Positions 17,563 through 27,683 of a DNA stretch of 64,000 nt are shown piece by piece. The notes beneath the pieces were generated by a model. The model was not told where the DNA came from, did not search any database, and saw only the letters and a program-made list of their open reading frames with translations. Numbering within the stretch: position 1 is the first letter of the stretch; each line of letters starts with the position of its first letter. Location of the stretch: positions 62,001 to 126,000 of the IMG/VR virus record IMGVR_UViG_3300027759_004177. The stretch is one strand, 5' to 3'. Both the position numbers and the translations under genes were made by a program.

Positions 17563-17880
17563 TTACTCAGCTACAGCTTCTGCACGAGCCTTGATTGCTT
17601 CAAGACTTGGCTTGACTTTGGTTGCCTTGGCACTCACAGAGCCATTGTACTTGGCATCAGCTGCATCGATAGCGGCACGATAGTCAGCATTGGCATACAA
17701 ATCCGTGGTCTTCAAGAAAGTGACCAATGCTGGCTTAGACATTGCCTTAGGCAATTCCATAAGATTGATATCGCTATCAGTCTTGGCCAAGATCTTGATA
17801 CGGGTCATGTCGCCGGCAAAACGCACCTTGTACTGACCTTTAGTCTTGCTAACACCACCAACTTTGAACAATTTATCCAT
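17563..17880 (-). CDS. conserved phage hypothetical protein
   Basis: GGAG SD, promoter at 17949-17977. Confidence 0.8.
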   Translation of the reverse strand: MDKLFKVGGVSKTKGQYKVRFAGDMTRIKILAKTDSDINLMELPKAMSKPALVTFLKTTDLYANADYRAAIDAADAKYNGSVSAKATKVKPSLEAIKARAEAVAE

Positions 17881-17948
17881 TTGTAAAACTCCATTTTTAA
17901 GTTAAAAAATACTACAATTTATGCTGGACACACTCCAACATATTTCAT

Positions 17949-17977
17949 ATTATAGATTATTTCGAAACGAAAGTCAA
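17949..17977 (-). promoter_or_regulatory. sigma70 promoter
   Basis: TTGACT-17bp-TATAAT. Confidence 0.8.
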
Positions 17978-18004
17978 CCATAATATGAAATTCCTTTTAC
18001 CAAA

Positions 18005-18145
18005 TTACTTGGTAGAATCCGATTTGGTACTAGACATCTTGTCTCGGGTCCATTCTGCGGACTTTTGGATGTCGCTACCAATACCAGCCACAGTACCGCA
18101 AGCGGTCAGCATACTGACCAAAATAACGATAGCAACGGTTTTCAT
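18005..18145 (-). CDS. entericidin A/B-like lipoprotein
   Basis: lipobox LTAC then GTVAGIGSDI; 46 aa. Confidence 0.7.
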   Translation of the reverse strand: MKTVAIVILVSMLTACGTVAGIGSDIQKSAEWTRDKMSSTKSDSTK

Positions 18146-18270
18146 TTGGCCAACTCCTGGCTTTGAGTCTTAACGGTCTGCACACCTTTGTCTAAAATGT
18201 TAGCAATACCACTAAAACCCACAGTAGCCAAAATCAAACCAAAAATGGTACCTAAAATAAATGATTTCAT
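18142..18270 (-). CDS. 42-aa membrane peptide
   Basis: MKSFILGTIFGLILATVGFSG...; GAGGAG SD. Confidence 0.65.
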   Translation of the reverse strand: MKSFILGTIFGLILATVGFSGIANILDKGVQTVKTQSQELAK

Positions 18271-18503
18271 GATGCATACTCCTCGGGGTTAATTAAATCT
18301 GCTTCTAGCACCGCATCTTGGTAAGTGTTGCCACTCAACAGGATGTTTTGCCCATTAGCATAGCAGGCCATGTAAGATCCGCTAACAGGATCGTAATCTA
18401 CTTCAATTAAAAAATTATCCACGTAAGTTCCACCATATCAAAAGACTTGCAATTAGACCAAAACCACCCACAGCCATCAGGACCAGGCCAATGTCAATGA
18501 TTA

Positions 18504-18668
18504 TCATACCGCCTCCACTTGATCAATGCCAAAATTATCACCGTCTACTGGATCACCGAGATCTACTGCACCACTGGCTACTAACTCTTCGGCCTGTTCG
18601 GCAGACTCAGCTTCAACCTCAACCATATAGGTTACAGTTTCGCTACAGTACACACGGAATTTAGACAT
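18504..18668 (-). CDS. 54-aa hypothetical protein
   Basis: VEVEAESAEQAEE motif typical of small phage proteins. Confidence 0.65.
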   Translation of the reverse strand: MSKFRVYCSETVTYMVEVEAESAEQAEELVASGAVDLGDPVDGDNFGIDQVEAV

Positions 18669-18943
18669 TACACACTCTCCAACATATTGGCCGGAACACG
18701 ATATAGACCCACAGCGGTACGAACTGTGATGTTCTTGATACCTACTTTTTCCACGGTACCAACATAAAACTGTCCATTTCGGTTGCTGGTAAACTTGACC
18801 ATGGCACCTCGGTTAAACGAACGAATCTTGGTTTTGGCAAGTTGACTACGAGCAAAAGTCATGGCCGTTTGTATAGTATCCAATTCAGCATTGGTAAAAC
18901 GACCTGAAACAATAGCGGTACGAATGTCTACAATGTCAATCAT
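18668..18943 (-). CDS. hypothetical protein (SH3-like C-terminus)
   Basis: GTVEKVGIKNITV...YRVPANML. Confidence 0.7.
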   Translation of the reverse strand: MIDIVDIRTAIVSGRFTNAELDTIQTAMTFARSQLAKTKIRSFNRGAMVKFTSNRNGQFYVGTVEKVGIKNITVRTAVGLYRVPANMLESV

Positions 18944-18944
18944 A

Positions 18945-19100
18945 TTAAACTCCACAGGCTTCTAAGAAACGGGCTTGGTCAAATCTTGGGTTGGCCGTTT
19001 GTGCAACCCGACAAAATGCAATCGCTGTGGCTAGTGCTTCTGCCTTGTTAGGCATCAAACTGATCTCTTTAGCCATTGCTACAAAGTGTTTTTTGCTCAT
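18945..19100 (-). CDS. 51-aa hypothetical protein
   Basis: MSKKHF...NPRFDQARFLEACG; AAGGAG SD. Confidence 0.7.
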   Translation of the reverse strand: MSKKHFVAMAKEISLMPNKAEALATAIAFCRVAQTANPRFDQARFLEACGV

Positions 19101-19130
19101 TTTGAACTCCTTTTAATTAACTATACAACT

Positions 19131-19159
19131 ATTATACATTAAATGGGTTTTTGGGTCAA
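19131..19159 (-). promoter_or_regulatory. early sigma70 promoter
   Basis: TTGACC-17bp-TATAAT. Confidence 0.85.
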
Positions 19160-19224
19160 CCATTTTAAACAAAACACGGCTTTCTAAACCCATTTTCCAC
19201 TCCTTGCGTATCACTATAAATACT

Positions 19225-19253
19225 ATTATAGATTAAATGGATTTTTTGGGCAA
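19225..19253 (-). promoter_or_regulatory. early sigma70 promoter
   Basis: TTGCCC-17bp-TATAAT; near-identical to 30982..31010. Confidence 0.75.
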
Positions 19254-19261
19254 CCGAAAAG

Positions 19262-19279
19262 TGTTGCTTTTTCACAACA
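19262..19279. promoter_or_regulatory. palindromic site TGTTG-N8-CAACA
   Basis: second of three copies. Confidence 0.55.
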
Positions 19280-19331
19280 GATCAACTGTTAGCGTTTGAC
19301 GCATAAATACAGTATCACAAGGAATTTAGAC

Positions 19332-19943
19332 ATGGCAATCGTAGAAACAAAAATTATTAGTAGACCCGATCCCAGCATCCCGTTTTTTAATCATATCAAT
19401 GCTCCGATTGTGTTGGCATTCAAAGCAGAACTGGGTCTAGTCAAAACAATATCTGATACAGACACATATTATAAAAACATCAATGATTCAGAATCAATTG
19501 TTCTAGAACGTACTTATTCCATCAATTCATTGACACAAACAAGCAGAATGACCTTTGATTCGTTGGCCACTTGGTCTACTGTTGATTCAGCGACTAGCAT
19601 TGCAATTGACAAGGCGTACATTGATTATGCTGAAGCCAATGAACTAACTCACCCCACTGGTCAATATAGCTTGGCAGGTATTGACGCTCCGTTTACTTGC
19701 ACCACAACTTATAATTATAATTCCAATACTACAACTGGCTATCCATTGTTTGAAAGTTTCATTGACGTAATTGAATCATCTGATAAATTAACAAGTTTTA
19801 CCAACACAGGCACACAATTAATCGCTGTTCACACATACACTAATGCTACTGATTTCACTGAAAATCATTGGAAAGATTATAATTTTATAACGTCACTGCA
19901 TAACGGTGGAGTCACAAGAACTATTGCATACGCAATGGTCTAA
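19332..19943 (+). CDS. hypothetical protein
   Basis: TAAATA upstream, AAGGA SD, terminator downstream. Confidence 0.75.
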   Translation: MAIVETKIISRPDPSIPFFNHINAPIVLAFKAELGLVKTISDTDTYYKNINDSESIVLERTYSINSLTQTSRMTFDSLATWSTVDSATSIAIDKAYIDYAEANELTHPTGQYSLAGIDAPFTCTTTYNYNSNTTTGYPLFESFIDVIESSDKLTSFTNTGTQLIAVHTYTNATDFTENHWKDYNFITSLHNGGVTRTIAYAMV

Positions 19944-19981
19944 TCAAATTCAATGTAAATAAAAACAATAATATATCAATT

Positions 19982-20005
19982 AAAAACCCGCCTAGTGCGG
20001 GTTTT
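19982..20005. terminator. bidirectional terminator
   Basis: AAAAACCCGC-ctagt-GCGGGTTTT between convergent genes. Confidence 0.8.
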
Positions 20006-20010
20006 GTGTT

Positions 20011-20412
20011 TTATGCAGGCGTCCAGGCTTTTATCTTATCACGTCCCAGCAATTCTGCTGCGGCCCAGGCTCTGTGATTGCCATCTAAAATATAGCCACG
20101 AGCATCTATCACAATGGGATTTGTGTCTACATGGTGTTGACTGTGTTCACCAGCATGTGCAGGGTCTACAAACATGGCACGATTGTAAGGATCATCAGTT
20201 TTGTTATCTTGTTGTTCGTCGTCATATTCTTGATCAGGTATGCGTAAGGTACTCAATGGTACAGTACGCAATTGGTACCGTGGATATTGTTTGATTAGTT
20301 TTTCTAAAAAGCCGCCACCCTGTTGATCCTCTGGGTGTATGCCTTTGACATATTGCCAAACCTGTTCGCTGGACACGGTCGGAGACTCAGTGACAAATTC
20401 CCGGGCTCTCAT
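20011..20412 (-). CDS. ParB/sulfiredoxin-like domain protein
   Basis: PIVI...ILDGNHRAWAA; N-terminal MRAREFVTE. Confidence 0.7.
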   Translation of the reverse strand: MRAREFVTESPTVSSEQVWQYVKGIHPEDQQGGGFLEKLIKQYPRYQLRTVPLSTLRIPDQEYDDEQQDNKTDDPYNRAMFVDPAHAGEHSQHHVDTNPIVIDARGYILDGNHRAWAAAELLGRDKIKAWTPA

Positions 20413-21707
20413 CGGGCACTGGCTACAAAACGTAGATCTCTACTGATTGTGGCCAACTCTTTTTTGCCTTGTGGTCCAGCTTTATGAACTGTGTCTTGAT
20501 CCACATAGGTATCAGGCTCATCAGCTGATGTTGGTTTTACATTCACTGGCTTGTCTGTGCGGGTGTCAAATCCGTGTATGTTTATGCTACGACCATAGCG
20601 ACGCTGTAGTTCTTGCCAAACACGTTGGCCACCTTCACTTTGTTTTTTGTCACTGACCAGGGTGATACCAAGTTGTAAAATTAAAAACGCATACAAGTCA
20701 GCGGCACGGTAGGTGTTCTTGGGTCCGGAGTATGTGCCCATTACCACAAAGCTATCTCGATTTTCAGAATATGAACGACCAGTGGTGGCCAACTGACTAA
20801 TGCGTGTTTCAGGATTGTACACATAGTATGTTGTTGTCCCGCGATCTTTCCAACTCCATAGCTCATATCCGCCGGGCATTTTGCTGACAAAGTCTGTTAA
20901 ATAGTCGGCTTCTTGACCGCGTGGAATAGGTCGACCATCATTGGGCATGACATCCAAGTGTTGGCGCTTGCTTTTGGCCACAGTGGGTACAGCAGTGATC
21001 TCATTGAGATTGTTGGTTAATTCGTACACAGTGGAACCTGCATAATCAGAAACGTCAACACTATATCCCCAGGTGGCGGCGTAACGCCGAACTAGTCGAT
21101 CATACAATTTAGCTCGGCTTTGATTGTTGTCGTCGTCGTCTTTGGTAGCACTGAAACGAATATGCTCTGGATGTTGCTTTTTAATAAACTGTTGTATTGC
21201 ACCTAATACGGTGGCAAACACTCGCTGTGCATCACCTTCGCCAGTTACGTCTTGGCTATTGTTTCTGTGGAACTCAATTTGATATTCGCCATCTTCTTCG
21301 CGGTTAAACATGATACTGAGATACGTGCCATCTGCTAAGGTAGCTAAAGCATCGTAGTCACCAAACTCACCCTTTTCCCATTTGACCGGGTAAGGTTGAT
21401 CAAACGCTTCCATTATGCCAGTGGCTCTGCGTAGTTGTAGATCAAAGTCCACATCGGACTCGTAACGGTTAATAAACCGTTCATAGTACTGTCGTGCTAG
21501 TGCAGGAGTATCAGCTTCAAAGCGATCTACTATCTGTGCGGATCCAGCAGGACGATCTGCGTGATAGATTTCATAACCTTTGTTGAGACGATCACGCACA
21601 CGAGCCATGTGATCCATACGGCGATCAACATGCTTGCCGGCGCCTTGTAGATAGCGTTGTAATGCTTCATCACTAATTTCGTCTAGGAATAATTCTGTAA
21701 TAAACAT
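20409..21707 (-). CDS. multidomain hypothetical protein, possible internal head protein
   Basis: start MFITELFLDE; modules separated by (I/L)xE sites (IMEAF, LNEIT). Confidence 0.7.
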   Translation of the reverse strand: MFITELFLDEISDEALQRYLQGAGKHVDRRMDHMARVRDRLNKGYEIYHADRPAGSAQIVDRFEADTPALARQYYERFINRYESDVDFDLQLRRATGIMEAFDQPYPVKWEKGEFGDYDALATLADGTYLSIMFNREEDGEYQIEFHRNNSQDVTGEGDAQRVFATVLGAIQQFIKKQHPEHIRFSATKDDDDNNQSRAKLYDRLVRRYAATWGYSVDVSDYAGSTVYELTNNLNEITAVPTVAKSKRQHLDVMPNDGRPIPRGQEADYLTDFVSKMPGGYELWSWKDRGTTTYYVYNPETRISQLATTGRSYSENRDSFVVMGTYSGPKNTYRAADLYAFLILQLGITLVSDKKQSEGGQRVWQELQRRYGRSINIHGFDTRTDKPVNVKPTSADEPDTYVDQDTVHKAGPQGKKELATISRDLRFVASAR

Positions 21708-24541
21708 TATGTACTCATCTTGGGTCTGCAACTGAATGCACTTGGATCTTCTGCGCCAATGTTGCGTAACCAACCTTGAGCCTGTGTCCAAGCACTGGTT
21801 TGGTCATGGTCAGCAAATTCGTGGACCACATGTCCTGAATCACGTTCATATATTTGCCACATAGGAACACCATTTGGTGCAGTTACCTGTACAGGATCGC
21901 CTGCACGGTATACCAAAGTAGCATCATCTCGACCAGTCAATTGTTCTATGTAGCGTTTTACTTCAATGGCAATACTTCTGTTATTGTCAGAGGCCGCCGC
22001 TGTTGATACATATCCGTAGATCCTATCGCCGGATTTAACTTCATAATAGTCGCCGGTTGCAGGACGTTGTGTTGAGAATCCTGCAGGGGGCTGATCACCT
22101 GTCTGTGGATTGATGTGGTTTGCCAACTGATCTCGCCAAGGAGGCGTATCTGTAAAGTTCTGAGCAACGTCAGGTTCGGCATCCTTGTCTGCCTGTTGTG
22201 CTCGTATTTCTAAATTGTCAGCATTTTCAAAATCGTGTAGTGTGGCCACTTGCTTTAATAGTTTTTCGGCTTGTTCTCGATCAACTCGTTTAATAGTATC
22301 AATCACACGACCTGTTGGTGTGTAAACAACGTCCCAGTCTTGTTTTTGCTTGTTGGGATCCTTAGGTATCTCTTCAATAGCAAGACGACCTTGTGGTAGT
22401 TTTTGCTCACGTTCAAATTTACGCATAGCTTGTACTAAACCACTCTTACGACCTTCTTGTTCGTAGTGTACTTCGCCAGTCTTGGTATCGTATACTTTCC
22501 AGTTTTTAATTTCTTCGGCTGGGGCTGCTTTGATATTTTTAGCAAGACGCTCACGCTTGGTCAACTCTGGTTCTGGTGCTTCTGGATCTGCTGGACGTAA
22601 GTTAAACCCAATACCTTGATCAGCATATTTGTCGTATACACTATCAGCGGCTGCACCTTTGGTTTCAAACCCATTCAAGATTTCCAATGTTTCTCCGGTG
22701 TTAACATTGTATACTTCCCAGTCACCTGACTCAGAATTTGATGGCAAGAATTTATACTCCTGTTGGAAACCTTCCATACTGCCGCCAGGACTTATCTTTT
22801 GCTTGGCTCGTTCCCATGCTTCTGTTTTGGTATAGCCATTATAGGTCTGTCCCGGTACACGTTTGCCGTAGCTGTCGTACAAGACCCAGTCACCTTTGGG
22901 TTCTTTTTCCAACTGTTTTTCTGCCCAACTCTTTTTAAGATCCGTACTTGAAATTTCGCCGGCAGCAAAACGACTGAACAAATCCAACGCAGGATCACCT
23001 TCAGGTGGGCTGATCAATTTGTATAACTTCTTGTAGTATTCTTTGCGTTCAGCAGCAGGATTGGCTGCCACTGTCATGGCCTTGGCATAACGCATCAAGG
23101 TATTCTTCAGTCGGTTGATATCTTCAAAATAGTTTGAACCGCCAGCTGAGCGAAACTCAATGTACTTGGCGCCGCGTTCCAAGTGTGGCTTGGTACTGTC
23201 GTTGCCACCTTGTGGGTTGATACTGGTGTACTTGCCAAAGCCGTGATTGTTGATCTCTAAAGCCTTTTGTGCCAGCTCCAGTAAATTGTGACGCATTAAC
23301 TCTAATGCACCACCAATGGCTTCTTTGTTACCTCGCACACGTTGACGTATTTTTTTAATAGCAGCTTCGCAGAAGTGATTACCACTGCGACCAAAATCTT
23401 TTAGTACGTGTTCGTCACCCAAGAACAGGGCCAGCTTGACATAATCAACTTGCCCACCTGTGACCGGTAAACTGACACCCATATGGAATCCGGTTGAACT
23501 ATTACTGTAAGCACCGTTTGATTCAGCCCACTCAAAGAAGTTTTCCATTTGACGCAAACATTCTTCCAATGGCATAGGCGGACTCACAATCTCCACTGGC
23601 ATGTTGTCTGAATCGTCGGCATCTAAACTCATGTCTGGTTCAAAGATCCAAGTTTCATCATCACGACGAGCAGAGTGATATCCGCCCGACACCTTGGTCT
23701 TGACACCCAGTTCCTCACTCAAACTCTTTGCCAACTCTCTAGCATTGTCTTCGCTGAAGCCGCCTTCACTGCTTTGACCAGTGTAAGTTATTACCGGCCA
23801 CATCAATTGGAATTCACTGGCGATGTCACTCATCCAACGCAGGCCAACATCACTAAAGAAACCTGAGTCATCGTCCACATAAAAATCATCGCGGAACTCA
23901 TCTAGTGCTTGATCGTAGTACCCGTCTTGATCCTTGATACTTTGTTCAACATCTTCTTCAAGTATTTCTTCCGCCCCTTCTACTGCTTCAACGTAAAGTT
24001 TGTAGTCAGGATTTGATTTAATATAAGCATCAGCTTCGGCACTGGTATCAAACTTTGGTGCTGCCTCGCCAACTGCTTGTATGCGGTCGGCTTCTCTATC
24101 GTCCATGTCCATGCCTTCGACCAAATAGTCGTGTATACGTTCGGTCATTGGGCGTTCGTCTACCCAAATTTTACGTACAAGATCTTCAGCTTCGTCACGG
24201 AATGCACGGTACATTTGATCATCGTGCCATTCCATGTACTTTTCATCTAGGCCATCTTGCAAGCTGTCTAGGTCACGACCGTATGTAGCATAGCCATATT
24301 CATCGTTACTGAAAAAGTCTATGACTTGTTGTACGCTGTTGGCACGTTCGTCGGCATCGTAGTCGGGTTCTGGATCTTCGTCGTACTCGGCTTCACCGCC
24401 TAAGCCTGTAAACACCAGTTCGGCTTCAAAGCCAGCACGTATGCCTTCGGCTTCGGGACTGGCGGCAAAAGCACGAAGACTGCCCGGGCTCATGCGTAGT
24501 TCGTCTAGTTGTTGTTCAGAAAGTAGCTCTTTGTATCGCAT
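21707..24541 (-). CDS. putative amidoligase (COOH-NH2 ligase type 2) with C-terminal repeats
   Basis: GFEAE, EPDMSL, EIVSPP, STGFHMGVS, KYTSIN, IEFRS motifs. Confidence 0.8.
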   Translation of the reverse strand: MRYKELLSEQQLDELRMSPGSLRAFAASPEAEGIRAGFEAELVFTGLGGEAEYDEDPEPDYDADERANSVQQVIDFFSNDEYGYATYGRDLDSLQDGLDEKYMEWHDDQMYRAFRDEAEDLVRKIWVDERPMTERIHDYLVEGMDMDDREADRIQAVGEAAPKFDTSAEADAYIKSNPDYKLYVEAVEGAEEILEEDVEQSIKDQDGYYDQALDEFRDDFYVDDDSGFFSDVGLRWMSDIASEFQLMWPVITYTGQSSEGGFSEDNARELAKSLSEELGVKTKVSGGYHSARRDDETWIFEPDMSLDADDSDNMPVEIVSPPMPLEECLRQMENFFEWAESNGAYSNSSTGFHMGVSLPVTGGQVDYVKLALFLGDEHVLKDFGRSGNHFCEAAIKKIRQRVRGNKEAIGGALELMRHNLLELAQKALEINNHGFGKYTSINPQGGNDSTKPHLERGAKYIEFRSAGGSNYFEDINRLKNTLMRYAKAMTVAANPAAERKEYYKKLYKLISPPEGDPALDLFSRFAAGEISSTDLKKSWAEKQLEKEPKGDWVLYDSYGKRVPGQTYNGYTKTEAWERAKQKISPGGSMEGFQQEYKFLPSNSESGDWEVYNVNTGETLEILNGFETKGAAADSVYDKYADQGIGFNLRPADPEAPEPELTKRERLAKNIKAAPAEEIKNWKVYDTKTGEVHYEQEGRKSGLVQAMRKFEREQKLPQGRLAIEEIPKDPNKQKQDWDVVYTPTGRVIDTIKRVDREQAEKLLKQVATLHDFENADNLEIRAQQADKDAEPDVAQNFTDTPPWRDQLANHINPQTGDQPPAGFSTQRPATGDYYEVKSGDRIYGYVSTAAASDNNRSIAIEVKRYIEQLTGRDDATLVYRAGDPVQVTAPNGVPMWQIYERDSGHVVHEFADHDQTSAWTQAQGWLRNIGAEDPSAFSCRPKMST

Positions 24542-24607
24542 AATCAGTCATAAAAATAGGGTAATTTTTAGTTACCCTAGTATTTATCAATGGTTGAGTT
24601 TGACTGG

Positions 24608-25426
24608 CTAGTCTGCTGATTTGCACTTGGCACGTTTAGCATTGGTTAGGGCACCGTAGTCTACACGCCATTCTTCGCCAGGTACCAGTTCTACAGCATT
24701 TGCTGGAAATTTAAACTGCACACCCGACTGCGTGGCTATCTGTGAAACAGGCACACGGAATTTGCTGAGATCATTGCCTAGATTGACATAAGGTTTTGTG
24801 TGAGGGAAAACCCAGCCGGCCACTTGCCCACTGCGTTGATTGATTACTATTTTGTAAAATCCGTGCGGCACAACCACCCCAGAACCAATACGAGGATTTT
24901 TTTGATCATATATGGCTCCCACATAGATTGTAAACGGTTGATTCAGCTGTACAGTCCATCCACGTATGCTGGTTTCTAGCAATTTCCAAATGCCGCGATT
25001 TAGGCTACCGTGTTGTGGGTACATGTTGGTCATCAAGAAACTTTCGTATTCTACGATTTCACTCCAACTCAAATCGCCGTCGGGAGCGGCATGTCCTTTG
25101 TCGTAGCCGGTACCGGCATAGTCATCGGGCCTGGCTCCACCCTGTATGCTTTGATCAGCAACAAACGCATTGGTGCGTGGCCAGCATCCTAGAGCATTTT
25201 GTGGTAATAAGGTGTAAGCCACATAGCGTGGAATCATGGCTGGCGCATCATAGGCCACCAAATAAGCTTCTCTGCAGATGGCCTGTGGTTTGACCGCTCC
25301 GCCAACTGTGGCCCAGCCATATGGACTATGGACTTTACAAGCGTCTACTGGTAATGGGGCACGTTGTTCCCAAGCAAAAGTCGACGTGGATAGTGTGAAG
25401 GCTAAAACAGCCAATAACTTCTTCAT
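24608..25426 (-). CDS. secreted DNA/RNA non-specific endonuclease (NucA/EndoG family)
   Basis: signal peptide; GYDKGH, TNMYPQ...NRGIW..LE, VPHGFYK. Confidence 0.9.
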   Translation of the reverse strand: MKKLLAVLAFTLSTSTFAWEQRAPLPVDACKVHSPYGWATVGGAVKPQAICREAYLVAYDAPAMIPRYVAYTLLPQNALGCWPRTNAFVADQSIQGGARPDDYAGTGYDKGHAAPDGDLSWSEIVEYESFLMTNMYPQHGSLNRGIWKLLETSIRGWTVQLNQPFTIYVGAIYDQKNPRIGSGVVVPHGFYKIVINQRSGQVAGWVFPHTKPYVNLGNDLSKFRVPVSQIATQSGVQFKFPANAVELVPGEEWRVDYGALTNAKRAKCKSAD

Positions 25427-25450
25427 TGAAAATCTCCTATTATGGAGTAT

Positions 25451-26008
25451 TTAGCCGTAGATCTCTTGAAACAGGAATTGGCTGTCTTGTAAAAAAGTAT
25501 GCCAAAGATTTCGATTTTTGTAGTTTATTTCTTTTTGTACTGTGATCCAAGTGGGCGGATTCAGATGAATCTGAACTTCAGAATCTGTATCTATGGTACG
25601 CACCTTTAAACCGTGTTTGACACACAAATGTTTGACAGCCAAATTCCAAGTCAAGCAATGCATGTACAACTCAGTGTATCCACGATTACGTGCCCAGGTG
25701 ATACCTTCTTCAATCAGTTGACTGCCTATACCTTCTCCACGCAGTTCTTTTTTGACTATGATACCAAATTCAATTGATTTGTCACTGAGTTCAGCGATGT
25801 GCAATGTTCCTAACCAGCCATCACAGTTTTTAATTATTAAAAAGTGATGTTTGTTGGGTTCTTGCTCTATGCGATCTATCAGATTTTCTATCAAACCCAG
25901 TCCGCCAGATGTACCAAAGTACATTTGACGTGTTTCATCATCCTGCTGTACTAACCAATCACCATAGCGATAATATTCCTTGGCGTTTAGAAATTCAGTT
26001 ATCAGCAT
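25451..26008 (-). CDS. GNAT acetyltransferase
   Basis: EFGIIV...RGEGIG..LI...ARNRG...N. Confidence 0.85.
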   Translation of the reverse strand: MLITEFLNAKEYYRYGDWLVQQDDETRQMYFGTSGGLGLIENLIDRIEQEPNKHHFLIIKNCDGWLGTLHIAELSDKSIEFGIIVKKELRGEGIGSQLIEEGITWARNRGYTELYMHCLTWNLAVKHLCVKHGLKVRTIDTDSEVQIHLNPPTWITVQKEINYKNRNLWHTFLQDSQFLFQEIYG

Positions 26009-26010
26009 TT

Positions 26011-26127
26011 TTATTTTCTGTACAAGTCCTGTGCTTCCGTATACTTGTGATTGCGAGCCAGTTCGGCTGCATATTTGGCTTGACCGATGGCGCACATGAT
26101 GCACCAGAATTTTTTAAGAAATTTCAT
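26011..26127 (-). CDS. 38-aa hypothetical protein
   Basis: MKFLKKFWCIMCAIGQAKYAAELARN...; GGAG SD. Confidence 0.6.
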   Translation of the reverse strand: MKFLKKFWCIMCAIGQAKYAAELARNHKYTEAQDLYRK

Positions 26128-26171
26128 TGTTGTTCTCCAGTTATATCAGTGTTTCTACTGATATAATTATT

Positions 26172-26187
26172 TATTGCAGAGCAACAA
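26172..26187. promoter_or_regulatory. PhaR-box-like site
   Basis: TATTGCAGAGCAACAA matches TATTGCAACGCAACAA upstream of the phasin gene. Confidence 0.45.
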
Positions 26188-26203
26188 TGATTAACATATT
26201 CTA

Positions 26204-26794
26204 TTATCTTTTTGTGATGATCTGGTCAATCAATCCGTATGCCAGTGCTTCTTCTGCACTCATGAAAAAATCTCGTTCCATGTCCACACTGAACTCTTCA
26301 AAAGTTTTGCCCGCAGAGTTGTGTTTGACATAAATCTCGGTGAGATACCGTTTCATTTTGAGAATTTCTTGTGCTTGGATTTGGATATCTGTGGCCTGAC
26401 CACGTGCTCCGCCCGATGGTTGGTGAATCATGTGTCGAGCATATGGTAACATCATGCGTTTGCCTGGGGCTCCTGCGGTTGATAACAAGCTACCCATGGA
26501 GCAAGCCTGCCCCAATACAATAGTGCTAACGTCGGGTTTGATAAACTGCATTGTATCGTAGATGGCCATACCTGCTGTAACGCTACCGCCGGGGCTATTA
26601 ATGTAGAATAATATGTCTGCATTTGGATCTTCGCTTTCTAAAAACAACATTTGTGCTACAATTAAACTGGCACTATGCTCGTTGACATCTGTGTCTAACA
26701 TCACAATACGATCCCGGAGCAAGCGACTGTAAATGTCGTAAGCACGTTCACCGTTGCTTGTTTTTTCTAATACTGTTGGCACAAAATTTGGCAT
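26204..26794 (-). CDS. clpP: ATP-dependent Clp protease proteolytic subunit
   Basis: [29 protein letters not shown]. Confidence 0.97.
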   Translation of the reverse strand: MPNFVPTVLEKTSNGERAYDIYSRLLRDRIVMLDTDVNEHSASLIVAQMLFLESEDPNADILFYINSPGGSVTAGMAIYDTMQFIKPDVSTIVLGQACSMGSLLSTAGAPGKRMMLPYARHMIHQPSGGARGQATDIQIQAQEILKMKRYLTEIYVKHNSAGKTFEEFSVDMERDFFMSAEEALAYGLIDQIITKR

Positions 26795-26802
26795 AATATT
26801 CC

Positions 26803-27651
26803 TTATGTAAATAACACTGACTTGACTGATTGCCTTGCTTCTATTTCTTCAAATGGCACTGACCCCACGATGTCAGCTAGTGGTACACTACCGCTGACAA
26901 AACAACTTTGCCAAGGTCCAAATATCAATTGATTCTTGTCATAGTATTCTTGTATTATAGCACGTTTTTCCTCGGCTTGCAACTGTGATTGTTCGTAGAA
27001 TCTTACCACAAAGTCGGCTGAGTAGTGTCTAAACGGCTGGAATGCGTTGTTACTGATATATAGATCATTGTCCCAAGCCAAGTGTTCTATGGTTTTGCCA
27101 ATTTCTGAATAGTTTAAAAATATTGTACCTGGCGCCCATACATCTGTGAAATGGGTGTAGTCGGACTCTTCTAATACTGTGTCTTTGGGCAGTCCGTACC
27201 AGGTGACCACATGCCTGGGTTCTGCACCACGGGCGACACTTTCGCATCTGTGTACACAAATGTTTAAATCAGCCAATACCGGTCTAAGTGCGGTGTTGCT
27301 AGCCTGTTGTTTGTCGAGCAGTCCGTGATATGTTTCAAATATAAAATGCCAATAATTAAGCAGATCTTGATCTGCTACGTCTGCCACATACTGCCCTGTC
27401 ACTTCGGGGTAGTATAATTTAATTGTAGTTATACAGCGATTGATTTTTTCTAGAGCATTGTGCTGTTGATCCTTGATGCTACCAAACCCGTAAAATCTTG
27501 CCGGGTCATCTATTTCGTATTGTTGCTGGGCCAGCATGACCTTTTTGACCCAACGGGCAACCACAGGATTATCTCGCAGATGATATTGCACCATGATGGA
27601 GTCATGCAGGTCAGCAGGGTTAGCATATTCAATATGCAACTTGGTAAACAT
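26803..27651 (-). CDS. hypothetical protein
   Basis: 282-aa ORF; TAGACT-17bp-TATAAT at 27658-27686. Confidence 0.75.
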   Translation of the reverse strand: MFTKLHIEYANPADLHDSIMVQYHLRDNPVVARWVKKVMLAQQQYEIDDPARFYGFGSIKDQQHNALEKINRCITTIKLYYPEVTGQYVADVADQDLLNYWHFIFETYHGLLDKQQASNTALRPVLADLNICVHRCESVARGAEPRHVVTWYGLPKDTVLEESDYTHFTDVWAPGTIFLNYSEIGKTIEHLAWDNDLYISNNAFQPFRHYSADFVVRFYEQSQLQAEEKRAIIQEYYDKNQLIFGPWQSCFVSGSVPLADIVGSVPFEEIEARQSVKSVLFT

Positions 27652-27683
27652 AGGATTATTATAACAGAAAACTACAGATTAGT

